A DNA stretch of 64,000 bases from Thermoanaerobaculia bacterium (GCA_036402955.1 DASWRX010000128.1:21810-85809), one strand, 5' to 3'; positions 8,209 to 17,891 are shown, counted from the stretch's first letter. The notes: generated by a model from the letters alone, not told the origin. Made by a program: numbers and translations.

Positions 8209-9261
8209 ATGACGGAGACGGCGCTCAAGGGTCGCGGGGCGATGGGGAATCCCAAGAACCGGTTCGAGACGCTCGAGGTCGAGCGGGACGAGGAGGTCCT
8301 GGGGCCGGAGCGGGTCGAGACGGAGCTGCTGCGCGACACGTCGCGGTCGGTGATCGCCTACAACGACAGTCCGGACGTCGGGTTCGACGCCTCGGTGAAT
8401 CCGTACCGCGGCTGCGAGCACGGGTGCGTCTACTGCTACGCCCGCCCGTTCCACGAGTATCTGGGCTTCTCGGCCGGGCTCGATTTCGAGAGCCGCATCC
8501 TGGTGAAGCAGGACGCCCCCGAGCTGCTGCGCAAGGAGCTCTCCTCGCCGAAATGGAAGCCGCAGACGCTGGCGATGAGTGGCGTCACCGACTGCTATCA
8601 GCCCGCCGAGCGCCGGCTCGGGATCACCCGTCGGTGCCTGGAGGTGCTGGCCGAGTTCCGCAACCCGGTCGGCGTCATCACCAAGAACGAGCTGGTGACG
8701 CGGGACATCGACATCCTCCAGGAGCTGGCCACGCACCAGGCGGCCGTCGTCATGCTCTCGATCACCACGCTCGACGCCGAGGTCGCCCGCAGGATGGAGC
8801 CGCGGGCCTCCCACCCCCGCGACCGGCTGCAGGCGATCGAGCGGCTGGCCGCCGCGGGCATCCCGGTCGGCGTGATGGTGGCGCCGGTGGTTCCCGCCAT
8901 CACCGATCACGAGATGCCGAAGATCCTCGAGGCCGCCGCCGCCGCCGGGGCGCGCACGGCCGGCTACGTGGTGATGCGCCTGCCCGGAGCGGTGGCCGGC
9001 CTCTTCGAGAGCTGGCTCGCGGAGCACTTCCCGGACCGCAAGGAGAAGGTCCTGAACCGCGTGCGGGATCTGCGCGGCGGGCAGCTCTACGATCCGCGCT
9101 TCGGCAACCGCATGCGCGGCGAAGGCCTCTTCGCCGACCAGATCCGCGCCACCTTCCAGACCTTCAAGCGCAGATACGGGCTGGACCAGCCCTTCCCCGA
9201 GCTCTCCACCGCGGCGTTCCGGGTGCCCGGAAAGGCGGAGCAGCTCGGGTTGTTCGGGTAA
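8209..9261 (+). CDS. Radical SAM protein (PA0069-like family)
   Basis: ORF 7969..9261 trimmed to ATG 8209 (MTETALKGRGAMGNPKNRFE...). CxxxCxxC cluster motif CEHGCVYCYA. The conserved N-terminal GRGA..NP.NRF is typical of this family. Confidence 0.85.
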   Translation: MTETALKGRGAMGNPKNRFETLEVERDEEVLGPERVETELLRDTSRSVIAYNDSPDVGFDASVNPYRGCEHGCVYCYARPFHEYLGFSAGLDFESRILVKQDAPELLRKELSSPKWKPQTLAMSGVTDCYQPAERRLGITRRCLEVLAEFRNPVGVITKNELVTRDIDILQELATHQAAVVMLSITTLDAEVARRMEPRASHPRDRLQAIERLAAAGIPVGVMVAPVVPAITDHEMPKILEAAAAAGARTAGYVVMRLPGAVAGLFESWLAEHFPDRKEKVLNRVRDLRGGQLYDPRFGNRMRGEGLFADQIRATFQTFKRRYGLDQPFPELSTAAFRVPGKAEQLGLFG

Positions 9262-9270
9262 ATCGTCCGG

Positions 9271-9741
9271 CTACGTCTTGAAGCCGATGCGGGCGTGGGA
9301 GCCGTCGCAGAACGGCTTCTCGGTGGATTCGCCGCAGCGGCAGAGCACCCTCCTCCGTACGGGGAGGGGCCGGCCGTCGGCCTCGTGGAGCTCGAAGGCG
9401 CCCTGGAAGACCAGCGGGCCGTCCTGGCAGCAGACCACGTGCAGCGCCGGGCCTTCGCCGGGCGCCGCCTCGCCGCCATTTCCGGGGCGGACGCCGCAGT
9501 CGTGGAAGCCGGCCGCCGCGTGCGAGCCGTCGCAGAACGGCTTGTCGCGCGAGGCGCCGCAACGGCAGAGGGAGGCGCGGGTGGCGACCAGGAGCAGGGT
9601 GCCGTCCGGAGAGGCGATCTCGATCCGGCCCCGCAGCTCCAGCGGACCGTCGGCGGTGAGCGTCACGGCGTTCTCCGCCGCCGGCTCCTCGATGGGGCCG
9701 CCGGGCGCCGCCTCCTGGTAGTGATGGACCCTCTCTTCCAT
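9271..9741 (-). CDS. CDGSH iron-sulfur domain protein (two CDGSH motifs)
   Basis: 156 aa. CRCGASRDKPFCDGSH and CRCGESTEKPFCDGSH. GGAGGAG precedes ATG 9741. Confidence 0.9.
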   Translation of the reverse strand: MEERVHHYQEAAPGGPIEEPAAENAVTLTADGPLELRGRIEIASPDGTLLLVATRASLCRCGASRDKPFCDGSHAAAGFHDCGVRPGNGGEAAPGEGPALHVVCCQDGPLVFQGAFELHEADGRPLPVRRRVLCRCGESTEKPFCDGSHARIGFKT

Positions 9742-9933
9742 GTCTCCTCCGCAGACTGCCGGCCACTATAGATGTGCCTGGCAGGGGAGGTTGCGGGACC
9801 CACGAGGCTGAGATAGGCCGCCCCTTCGCGGCAGTACCCCTTTCGAAAGCGATTCAGCGACAGCGGATCTCCGCCACTGGATGACGGAATTCCGCTACGA
9901 GCGCCCTCTATGGAGGGTAGAAGGGGGACATTC

Positions 9934-11349
9934 ATGGATTCCAAGAGGACGGTCTTCTCCACGGCGGGGTTCCTGGGGGTCGCGGGAACCGGGATGCTCG
10001 CCGTGGTCCTCGGCCTCCTGGGTCTCGCGCCGATGGATCTGGCGCAGGCCCAGCCCGGCCGGGGGATTCCCGAGCCCACGATCGGTCCGGACGTTCCGAA
10101 GGAGGTCGAGATCGCCGGCGAGCCTCCCATCGCCTTCTTTGACGACTTCTCCTGGCGCAGCTTCGTGGCCCTCAACTGGCCCGCGGACGTCTCCCGGGAC
10201 CAGCGGGGAGTGCCCGACCGGAGCCGGAAGATCGGCGACGTCTCGGTCCCCACCGTCTGGGACACCTGGAAAGCCGACTTCGAGCTGTTCCAGCCCAAGG
10301 GCGCGCCGCCCTCGGAGTGGGCCTCCTATCAGGCGGTGAATCCCTGCGAGACGGAGGGCTGGCCGCTGCCGGTCGACAACCATCCGAAGATCCTGGCGCA
10401 GTTCTCCAAGCTCGGCGGCCTGAACCAGGCGGGCTTCGGCGTCGACGGGCCGGCCCTGGTCTCGCAGAACCGCGCGTACGTCCGCTACGAGGTGCGGATC
10501 AACCGCCTCGAGCACGACTTCATCCGCGACAGGAAGCTCTACCTGGCGGCGAACCTGCCCAAGCAGGGCGATCCGCCCCTCGCGTTCACCAGCAACTCGA
10601 TCGAGGTCAAGGGCGCCTGGCGCGAGGTCCACGGCGACGAGATGGCATCGATGGGCGGCCGCTATTACATCGTCAAGGCGCGGGTGATGAACCCGGTCAA
10701 GGGGGTCTGCGAGGACAAGAGCATGGCTCTCGTGGGGTTCCACATCGTCCAGAAGACGCCGCAATTTCCCCAGTGGGTCTGGTCGACCTTCGAGCAGGAG
10801 GACAACGTCCCCGAGGCCGGAGGGGCTCTCGGCCATCCGTTCTCCCTCAACGACGGCGATCCCGGCCGGCAGAAGATGATCCCGGAGAAGGCGCCGAAGC
10901 CTCTCGGCCCGGACAACCCGCCGCAGGAGAACCCCGCCGCCATGCAGGTCGTCCGCCTCAACCCGATCGCGGGCTCGACCCAGGAGACCAACGCCAGGTA
11001 CCAGGCGGCCCTGAAGGGCACGGTCTGGGCGCACTACAGGCTGGTCATGACCCAGTGGCCGACCGATACGACCAAGCCGGACGGCGTTCCGTTCCCGCGG
11101 CCGGGGACGCCCAATCCGCCGACCAATACGGCGAACACGGCCATGGAAACCTATTTCCAGCAGACTTCGCAGAGCTGCATGAAGTGTCACGACCTGGCGC
11201 GCAGGAAAGGGCTCGACTTCGTCTGGTTCGTCCCCCTGCGCGCCTACACCCCGGAGGGTCCGAGGCTGCACGCCGCCAGGGCGAAAACCCCGCGGGATCA
11301 GGCGCTGGACGATCTCCGGAAATTCATCGCGGCCGGTGAAAAGCACTAA
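9934..11349 (+). CDS. Secreted/anchored hypothetical protein with a single C-terminal CxxCH (heme c-type) motif
   Basis: ORF 9910..11349; start moved to ATG 9934 (GGGGGA 6 nt upstream). N-terminal hydrophobic segment FSTAGFLGVAGTGMLAVVLGLLGLAP. SCMKCHD near the C-terminus. Family not recognised. Confidence 0.7.
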   Translation: MDSKRTVFSTAGFLGVAGTGMLAVVLGLLGLAPMDLAQAQPGRGIPEPTIGPDVPKEVEIAGEPPIAFFDDFSWRSFVALNWPADVSRDQRGVPDRSRKIGDVSVPTVWDTWKADFELFQPKGAPPSEWASYQAVNPCETEGWPLPVDNHPKILAQFSKLGGLNQAGFGVDGPALVSQNRAYVRYEVRINRLEHDFIRDRKLYLAANLPKQGDPPLAFTSNSIEVKGAWREVHGDEMASMGGRYYIVKARVMNPVKGVCEDKSMALVGFHIVQKTPQFPQWVWSTFEQEDNVPEAGGALGHPFSLNDGDPGRQKMIPEKAPKPLGPDNPPQENPAAMQVVRLNPIAGSTQETNARYQAALKGTVWAHYRLVMTQWPTDTTKPDGVPFPRPGTPNPPTNTANTAMETYFQQTSQSCMKCHDLARRKGLDFVWFVPLRAYTPEGPRLHAARAKTPRDQALDDLRKFIAAGEKH

Positions 11350-11375
11350 TCCCAACGACGAAAGGAAAATCGATC

Positions 11376-11710
11376 ATGGCAACCACCAGCTTCACGCAAG
11401 TCAAGACGATCCTCGACACCGCGATGGACGCATGGACGGCCAAGCACGGGCGCAAACCCGATCTCTCGGTGCACGGCGACGACAGCTTCGGATGGAACAC
11501 CAGGCAGCAGCTCGCCAGCTCCGACGCCTTCGGCAACGTGCTGATCGATCCCTCGCTGGTCGGCAACGGCAAGGGCAACGAGACCAACCTGGCGGTGCCC
11601 TGCGCGAGGGCGTGCCGGGGTTCCCGAGAATGCCGATAGGCGGCCCCTACATCCCCGAGGACCAGATCGCCTACATCGTGAAGTGGATCGACGAGTCCAT
11701 GCCGGACTGA
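11376..11710 (+). pseudogene. Small gene interrupted by an apparent -1 frameshift (or sequence error)
   Basis: Frame of ORF 11376..11639 (MATTSFTQVKTILDTAMDAW...GNGKGNETNLAV) runs into a junk tail PCARACRGSRECR*. The tail of ORF 11336..11710 in the -1 frame reads ALREGVPGFPRMPIGGPYIPEDQIAYIVKWIDESMPD, which looks like genuine protein. The switch point is about 11592..11600 (ggcggtgccc). Confidence 0.6.
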
Positions 11711-11759
11711 GCCCCGCCCCCCGCGAGCCCCGGCCGCCCGCGAGGGGCCGGGGCTCGCC

Positions 11760-14285
11760 TCAGACCCGCCGCCGCACGCGGAACGCCGCCACCGCCTGCG
11801 GCTTCTCCCCCTTGGGCAGCGCCTCGGCCATGCGCCGGATGGCCTTCTTCCAGCTCGCCTGGCTCGTCCACTTCTTGGCCTCGATCGGCTCGGTCTGCAG
11901 CGGCTCCGAGGTGAGGCGCCGGGCGAGGTCGGGGCGCGGCTGGCCCTTGGCGTCCACGGCGACGGCGCGCCAGTCCGCGGCGTTTCCCGCCTCCCTGAAG
12001 ACGGCCAGCAGGCCGAACGTCTCCTCCTCGCCGGCGATCTGGAACAGCGTCACCTGGCCGCGGGGGCCCTCCTCGAGCTCGACCAGGATGCCCTCGACCA
12101 GCGGATGGCCGGAGGAGAAGAAGTCCAGCGTCTCCTCGTCCACCGCCCGCTCGCGGCTGAAGGTGCCGAGGAAGCTGCTGCCCAGCGGCACGCCGGGGAA
12201 GTGCTCCACCAGCGCCTCGTAGCCGTACTCGATCCGCCAGGTCCGCTCGCCGCTCTGCTCGTCCACCTCGAAGCCGAAACGGGAGGCGGCGCGCACCACC
12301 ACACTCTCGTTGAGGGCGTCGAGATCGAGCGGCACGCGGGAGAGGATCTCGGCGGTCATCTCCGGCCGGAACGGATCGCGGTGCAACTCGTGATAGGCGG
12401 CCCGCTGCACCCGGCCGTGCGCCTCCCGGGCCTCGCGCAGGGCCGCCTCGAACGCCGGATGGTCCGCGGTGTCCGCAGCGGCGGTCTCGACCGCCCGCGC
12501 CACGTGGCGCAGCTCCCGCTCCAGCCCGCCCAGCGGCTCGGTGAACAGGCCGATCGCCTCGTAGAGATCGGCGACCGCGCGGCCGAAGCCGGACGGGGGA
12601 CGGAAATAGAGGATCTCCGTGGGGATCGTCCGGCCGATGCGGTCCAGCCTCCCGATCCGCTGCTCGACCACGCCCGGGCTCCACGGCAGGTCGAAGAGGA
12701 CCAGCCGGCGGCAGAACTGGAAGTTCCGGCCCTCGCCGCCCGCTTCGGTGGAGATCAGGATCGACGGTCCCTCGGGTAGCCGGAACTGCGCCACCTCGAT
12801 GTCCCGCCGCTCCGGCGAGAGATCCTCGTGGAAGACGCCGGTGCGCCGGCCCTGCCGCTCGATCGCCCCCTTGAGGAGATCGAGGGTCTCGCGGTGGGCC
12901 ACGAAGACCAGCGTCTTCTCCTCCGCGCCCACCCAGCGGCCGGCCTGCTCGACGAGCCAGCGCGCCCGCGGATCGTCGTCCAGGGCCTGGCGGGCCAGCG
13001 CCGCCGTCTCCTCGTCGTCGCGGTCCAGCACGGAGAGCAGGGCGGCGGGGGAGGCGAGGGCGCGGAACACCCGGTCCGCCTTGCGCCGCCGGGCCAGCGG
13101 GCTCTCCGCCGGACGGGCGCGCAGATGGCTCACCAGCCGGTCGAGCACCGTCCAGCCCGCCGCGCCGCCGGGGATCTCGACCGGCGCGGGAACGCGGGGC
13201 GGCAACCCGCCGATGTCCGCCCGCCGCGTCGCGCTGGTGCAGGGCGGCAGCGGCTCGCGCCTGGCGAGGCGCTCGTCGAAGGATTCCTCCTCCGGAAACT
13301 CCTCGGGCCGCAGGAGCTGGAGCAGGCGGAAGAAGCCGTGGGCGTCGTCCTCCAGCGGCGTCGCGGTGAGCAGGAGCGTGTGCCGGCCCAAGGCCGCGAT
13401 GGGGGCGACGGCCCGGTACGCCTCGTTGCCGGGGTGCCCCTTGGGCCGCTGGAGATGGTGCGCCTCGTCGACCACCAGGAGATCGATCCCCGCCTCGACG
13501 GCCTGTGCGGTCAGCCGCCGGCGCTTGACCAGGGTGTCCAGGCCCACGATCGCCTTGCGGTGGACGTCGAAGGGATTGAACCCCTCGCCGTGATCCTTCG
13601 CCACGTCGTCCAGCCGCTTCTCGTCGAGCAGCACGAAGGCCTGGTGATACTTCCGCCACAGCTCGCCGAGCCACTGGATGGTGAGCGTCTCGGGAGCCAC
13701 CACCAGCGTGCTCCCGGCGCGGCCGGTGTGGAGCAGGCGGTTCAGGATCAGGCAGGCCTCGACGGTCTTGCCGAGCCCCACCTCGTCGGCCAGCAGCCAG
13801 CGCACGGGATCGCTGTGGCAGGCGCGCTCGGCGGCATAGAGCTGGTGGGGGAAGATCTGGATGCGCCCGCCGAGGAAGGAGCCGAGGCCGCCGGCCTGGC
13901 GGATGCGCTGCAGCTTCAGGCCGTCGAGACGATTGGCGAAGTCCTCGAAGCCGTCCACCTGGCCGCGCGCCAGCCGCTCCGTGGGCGCCACCTCGGCCGG
14001 ACGGGGCCAGAGGTCGTCGAGATCCACCTCGCGGCCGTCCGCGAGCACGCACCGGCCGTCCGCGCACGCCTCCACGATCACGATCTCCCCCGACGGCTCC
14101 AGGCGGGCCCGCCCTCCCGGCGCGATCGCGAGCGGCACCAGGGCGTCCGTGCCCGCCGCGAAGCTCAACGCCTGTCCCGCCTCCGGAAACTCCACCCGCA
14201 GGCTCCGGCCCTGCACCGCCACGACGCGGCCGGTGCCGAGCTCGGAATGAAAACGATGGGTGACGCGGTCGCCTGCCTTCCACAT
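11760..14285 (-). CDS. SNF2-family helicase, RapA/HepA-like (RNA polymerase-associated ATPase)
   Basis: ORF 11760..14615 trimmed to ATG 14285 (MWKAGDRVTHRF...). Helicase motifs DEVGLGKT, VVDEAHHL, LLLTATPLEDD, LISTEAGGEGRNFQ, QRIGRLDRIGR. N-terminal SH3/Tudor-like repeats as in RapA. Confidence 0.85.
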   Translation of the reverse strand: MWKAGDRVTHRFHSELGTGRVVAVQGRSLRVEFPEAGQALSFAAGTDALVPLAIAPGGRARLEPSGEIVIVEACADGRCVLADGREVDLDDLWPRPAEVAPTERLARGQVDGFEDFANRLDGLKLQRIRQAGGLGSFLGGRIQIFPHQLYAAERACHSDPVRWLLADEVGLGKTVEACLILNRLLHTGRAGSTLVVAPETLTIQWLGELWRKYHQAFVLLDEKRLDDVAKDHGEGFNPFDVHRKAIVGLDTLVKRRRLTAQAVEAGIDLLVVDEAHHLQRPKGHPGNEAYRAVAPIAALGRHTLLLTATPLEDDAHGFFRLLQLLRPEEFPEEESFDERLARREPLPPCTSATRRADIGGLPPRVPAPVEIPGGAAGWTVLDRLVSHLRARPAESPLARRRKADRVFRALASPAALLSVLDRDDEETAALARQALDDDPRARWLVEQAGRWVGAEEKTLVFVAHRETLDLLKGAIERQGRRTGVFHEDLSPERRDIEVAQFRLPEGPSILISTEAGGEGRNFQFCRRLVLFDLPWSPGVVEQRIGRLDRIGRTIPTEILYFRPPSGFGRAVADLYEAIGLFTEPLGGLERELRHVARAVETAAADTADHPAFEAALREAREAHGRVQRAAYHELHRDPFRPEMTAEILSRVPLDLDALNESVVVRAASRFGFEVDEQSGERTWRIEYGYEALVEHFPGVPLGSSFLGTFSRERAVDEETLDFFSSGHPLVEGILVELEEGPRGQVTLFQIAGEEETFGLLAVFREAGNAADWRAVAVDAKGQPRPDLARRLTSEPLQTEPIEAKKWTSQASWKKAIRRMAEALPKGEKPQAVAAFRVRRRV

Positions 14286-14356
14286 GGGAGGGGGATTGTA
14301 CGCTCTGGAACCGCGGGAGAGAAGGGAATATACTTGGACATACACTTGGAGGGTCG

Positions 14357-14596
14357 ATGGGACAAGTGACGCTCTACCTCGACAGTGAGACGGAAGAGAA
14401 GATGAGGATGGCGGCGAAGGCCTCAGGCGTCTCCCAGAGCCGCTGGGTGGCCGAGCTGATCCGGGAGAAGACCGCGACGGAGTGGCCCGCCTCGATCGTG
14501 CAACTGGCGGGGGCCTGGGCCGAGGACGACTTCCCGTCCCTCGACCAGATCCGGAAGGGTATTCCGCCGGACCTTCCCCGCGAGCGCTTCGACTGA
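14357..14596 (+). CDS. vapB: Type II antitoxin, ribbon-helix-helix (VapB-like)
   Basis: 79 aa. MGQVTLYLDSETEEKMRMAAKASGVSQSRWVAELI is a CopG/RHH-type N-terminus. GGAGGG precedes the ATG. The stop overlaps the PIN gene start (TGATG). Confidence 0.8.
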   Translation: MGQVTLYLDSETEEKMRMAAKASGVSQSRWVAELIREKTATEWPASIVQLAGAWAEDDFPSLDQIRKGIPPDLPRERFD

Positions 14597-14988
14597 TGTA
14601 CGTCCTCGATTCCAACTGCCTGATCTACTTCTTCAAGCGGCAGGGGAGGGTCGCCGAGAGCCTTTTGGAGGTCCCGCCCCAGGAGATCGCCATCCCCGCG
14701 GTGGCGCTTTATGAGTTGGAGACGGGAGTGGCCAAGTCCCGGTTTCCGGAGAGAAACGGCGCGCAGTTGGACGAGCTGGTCTCCCGGATCACCGTGCTCC
14801 CCTTCGGCCGCGCGGAAGCCAAGGCCGCGGCCCGGATTCGCGCCAACCTGGAACGCCAAGGGCTGCCGATCGGTCCGATCGACACCCTGATCGCGGGCAC
14901 CGCCCTGAGCCATGGCGCCATCCTCGTCACCCACAATACGGGTGAGTTTGGGCGGGTTCAGGGACTCTCCGTCGTGGACTGGTTCTAG
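14596..14988 (+). CDS. vapC: PIN-domain toxin (VapC-like)
   Basis: ORF 14482..14988 trimmed to ATG 14596 (MYVLDSNCLIYFFK...). PIN acidic residues (D5, E in LYELE, D in PIDTLIAG, THN). 1-nt overlap with vapB. Confidence 0.85.
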   Translation: MYVLDSNCLIYFFKRQGRVAESLLEVPPQEIAIPAVALYELETGVAKSRFPERNGAQLDELVSRITVLPFGRAEAKAAARIRANLERQGLPIGPIDTLIAGTALSHGAILVTHNTGEFGRVQGLSVVDWF

Positions 14989-15004
14989 GCGTCTCTCCGC
15001 AGTC

Positions 15005-15047
15005 TACGAAAGTCATCGTTGACACTACGACGATCTTCGTATATCGT
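15005..15047 (+). promoter_or_regulatory. Promoter candidate (TTGACA-17-TATCGT) embedded in an imperfect palindrome; likely BlaI-type operator
   Basis: TTGACA at 15019..15024, TATCGT at 15042..15047. Flanking imperfect inverted repeat TACGAAAGTCATCGT / ACGACGATCTTCGTA centred on the -35. The predicted TSS falls at or next to ATG 15055, and no SD precedes that ATG, so the transcript may be leaderless. Confidence 0.4.
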
Positions 15048-15054
15048 TCCCTTC

Positions 15055-15438
15055 ATGGCTGACCTGCCCCGTCCCACCGATGCCGAGCTGGCCATCCTCC
15101 GCGTGCTGTGGCGCCGCGGTCCGAGCACCGTCAAGGACGTCCACGAGGAGCTCGCCCGGAGTCTTCCGACCGGGTACACGACGACCCTGAAACAGCTTCA
15201 GATCATGGCGGAGAAGGGTCTGGTCACGCGCGACGAATCCCAGCGGGCGCACCTCTACGCGACCCGCCTGCCCGAGGAGCAGACCCAGACGCAGCTCGTG
15301 CGGGATCTGCTCGATCGGGCTTTCGAGGGCTCGGCCACGCGGCTGGTGATGCGCGCCCTCTCCTCGCGGCCGGCGGCGCCGGAGGAGCTGGCGGAGATCC
15401 GTCAACTGTTGGACCAGCTCGAAGGAGAGACGAAATGA
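15055..15438 (+). CDS. BlaI/MecI/CopY-family transcriptional repressor
   Basis: ORF 15019..15438 trimmed to ATG 15055 (MADLPRPTDAELAILRVLWRRGPSTVKDVHEEL...). Winged-helix penicillinase-repressor pattern. ATGA overlap with the downstream M56 gene. Confidence 0.85.
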   Translation: MADLPRPTDAELAILRVLWRRGPSTVKDVHEELARSLPTGYTTTLKQLQIMAEKGLVTRDESQRAHLYATRLPEEQTQTQLVRDLLDRAFEGSATRLVMRALSSRPAAPEELAEIRQLLDQLEGETK

Positions 15439-17012
15439 GCGGTATCGAGACGATCGGGACGAGCCCGGCGGCTGCGGCCGTGGCCCGCGCCCTGGTTCAC
15501 TTCCTCTGGCAGGGAGCGCTGGTGGGCGTGGTGACGGCTGGAATCCTGGTTTTCCTGGAGAAGGGGAAGGCCTCGACCCGGTACGCGGTGGCGGCCGGAG
15601 CGCTTTTCCTGATGGCGGCGTTGCCGATCGCGACCGCCTCCCGGCTCGAGATCCGCGCGGCCGGTCCGGCGGTGGCGGCGCCGGTCTCCGCGTCGGTTCC
15701 GATGGCTCCCGATCCCCTGGCGGGGACCCCCGCCGCGGACGCGGCAGGCCCGTTCACGGAGGCGCGGACGCTCGGCGTCTCCCTGCTGCCCCGGGTCTTC
15801 GCCCTCTGGCTCGCGGGAGTCGCGGCCCTCTCCCTCTATCACCTGGGCGGCTGGAGCCGGGTGCGGCGCCTGCCGCGCCAGGAGCGTCCGGCGGGGGAGG
15901 AATTGCAGGCCCTGGCGCGCACGCTCGGCCGCCGGCTGGGGATCGCCCGCGCCGTGGCTCTTCTCGAATCCGCGGCGGTCTCCGTGCCGATGGTCGTGGG
16001 CTGGCTGCGGCCCGTGGTGCTGGTCCCGGCGAGCGCCCTGGCCGGTCTCTCGCCGCGCCAGCTCGAGGCGATCCTCGCCCATGAGCTGGCCCACGTGCGA
16101 CGGCACGATTATCTGATCAACCTGCTGCAGACCGTGGTGGAGACCCTGCTCTTCTACCATCCCGCGGTCTGGTGGGTGTCGGCCCAGGTCCGGCGTGAGC
16201 GGGAGAACTGCTGCGACGACCTGGCGGTGGCCGTCTGCGGCGACCGGCTGGGTTACGCCCGGGCCCTGGCGGATCTCGAAGGCCTGCGCGCTCCCGCGTC
16301 GTCCCTGATCCTCGCCGCCTCCGGCGGCTCGCTGGTGGAGCGCATCCGCCGGCTGATCGGCGCCCCGGTCCACCAGCCCCGCCGCTCGTGGCTGGCCGGC
16401 GTCCTCGCTCTTTCCCTGCTGCCGCTGGCGGGCCTCCAGATCTCCCATGCCGCCATAGGGTCGGAACATTCGTCCGCGCAGTGGGAGCGGCCTGCCAAGG
16501 GAACGTGGTCGGCGGAGCGCCGCGGCGACCAGGTCCAGCTCCAGACCGCCATGCGCTGGAACGGCGGCCGGAGCAGTTGGAACAATTCGTTCTCTCTCCC
16601 GGCGAATCAGCTCGTCGGCCTGACCGCCGGTCCGGAGGTCCGCTTCGAGCTGCGCCGCGACGCGGGGACGTTCCGCTTCGAGGGCCGTTTCGACGGGGCC
16701 GGAGACGGATCGCAGGGCACCGGCTTCTTCACCTTCGCGGGCAATCCCGCCTACGCGAGCCAGATGGCGAGCCTCGGCTACACGGTCCCGGAAGACCGCC
16801 TCATGGAGCTCGCCCTTCACGACGTCTCGCTCGCCTTCGTCCGCGGCCTGCGGGACCTCGGCTACGCCAACCTTCCAATGGACAAGCTGGTGGAGTTCCG
16901 GATTCATCGCATCGACGGCGAGTTCGTCCGCAAGGCTGCGGCCGAAGGCCACCGGAACCTCTCGCCGGAGCAACTGGTCGAGCTGCGGATCCGGGGCCGG
17001 CTGGACCGATGA
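15435..17012 (+). CDS. BlaR1/M56-family membrane metalloprotease sensor with unrecognised C-terminal domain
   Basis: In-frame part of ORF 15108..17012 from ATG 15435 (MSGIETIG...). Several TM segments. HELAHVRRHD (HExxH) followed by YHPAVWW, typical of peptidase M56. The C-terminal about 180 aa are not a penicillin-binding domain. Confidence 0.8.
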   Translation: MSGIETIGTSPAAAAVARALVHFLWQGALVGVVTAGILVFLEKGKASTRYAVAAGALFLMAALPIATASRLEIRAAGPAVAAPVSASVPMAPDPLAGTPAADAAGPFTEARTLGVSLLPRVFALWLAGVAALSLYHLGGWSRVRRLPRQERPAGEELQALARTLGRRLGIARAVALLESAAVSVPMVVGWLRPVVLVPASALAGLSPRQLEAILAHELAHVRRHDYLINLLQTVVETLLFYHPAVWWVSAQVRRERENCCDDLAVAVCGDRLGYARALADLEGLRAPASSLILAASGGSLVERIRRLIGAPVHQPRRSWLAGVLALSLLPLAGLQISHAAIGSEHSSAQWERPAKGTWSAERRGDQVQLQTAMRWNGGRSSWNNSFSLPANQLVGLTAGPEVRFELRRDAGTFRFEGRFDGAGDGSQGTGFFTFAGNPAYASQMASLGYTVPEDRLMELALHDVSLAFVRGLRDLGYANLPMDKLVEFRIHRIDGEFVRKAAAEGHRNLSPEQLVELRIRGRLDR

Positions 17013-17066
17013 CCGCTGAAACATTCCCTCCCGCGCCGGCGTAGATCGGCCGGGAGGGAATGACCC

Positions 17067-17891
17067 ATGAACATCCGAAAGCAGATCGCCGCGGCGGGGC
17101 TCGTCCTGCTGGCCGCCCTGCCGCTCGCCGCTCAAGCCGCCCCGGCCACGCCCGAGGCCAGGGCGTCCATCCTCGTCCTGGGGACCATCCACTTCGGAGG
17201 CTCCACCTCCGACGTGTTCTCCCCATCCGTGCCGGACGTCCTCTCGGAGAAGCGGCAGCGTGAGGTCGTCGAGCTGGTGGCCGCCCTGAAGCGCTACCAG
17301 CCGACCAAGATCGCCATCGAGAGCACCCCGGAGAGGATCGGCAAGATCAACGGCGAATATCAGGCCTATCTCAAGGGGGAGTACCAGCTCAAGGCGGACG
17401 AGATCGATCAGATCGCTTATCGCCTCGCCAAGGAGCTCGGCCAGCCGCGGCTCTACGGGGTGGACGCCAAGCTCGACATGGATTTCGACGGGGTCATGGC
17501 CTCGGCGGCGAAGAACGGGCAGCAGGCGATGATGGACAAGGCCATGGAGGGCGGCAAGGCCGCGGTGGCGGAGATCGGCCAGCGCCTCCAGCCGAGCACC
17601 CTGGAGCAGTTCTTCCGCTGGTTCAACTCGCCCGAGATGCTGATGGCCAACCATCGTTTCTACCTCTACGTCGCCCAGGTCGGCTCGGCGGCCGATCCCA
17701 AAGGGGCCGACGTGCTGGCCGGCTGGTACAAGCGGAACCTGCTGATCTACGGCAACCTGGTCCGCCTGATCGACTCGCCCCAGGAGCGCATCCTGCTGCT
17801 CATCGGCCAGGGGCACGCGAAGCTCCTCAGCGAGTACATCGCCGAGTCGCCCAACCTGCGGCTCGAAGAGCCGGCGAAATATCTGCCCTAA
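17067..17891 (+). CDS. Secreted DUF5694-like (TraB/GumN-like) protein
   Basis: 274 aa. Signal peptide MNIRKQIAAAGLVLLAALPLAAQA. LVLGTIHF near the N-terminus and LIGQGH near the C-terminus, as in the DUF5694/TraB-like fold. Confidence 0.65.
   Translation: MNIRKQIAAAGLVLLAALPLAAQAAPATPEARASILVLGTIHFGGSTSDVFSPSVPDVLSEKRQREVVELVAALKRYQPTKIAIESTPERIGKINGEYQAYLKGEYQLKADEIDQIAYRLAKELGQPRLYGVDAKLDMDFDGVMASAAKNGQQAMMDKAMEGGKAAVAEIGQRLQPSTLEQFFRWFNSPEMLMANHRFYLYVAQVGSAADPKGADVLAGWYKRNLLIYGNLVRLIDSPQERILLLIGQGHAKLLSEYIAESPNLRLEEPAKYLP

Noticed and set aside
9895-11355. 486-aa minus-strand ORF and 340-aa plus off-frame ORF over 9934..11349
   Set aside because: The chosen frame has a signal/anchor, balanced composition and a CxxCH motif. 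The alternatives are Arg/Gly/Pro/Asp-rich.
11671-14369. 870-aa minus ORF (11671..14283) and 513-aa plus ORF (12828..14369)
   Set aside because: They are off-frame or antisense to the SNF2 helicase gene, which has all helicase motifs in frame. The alternatives lack any motif.
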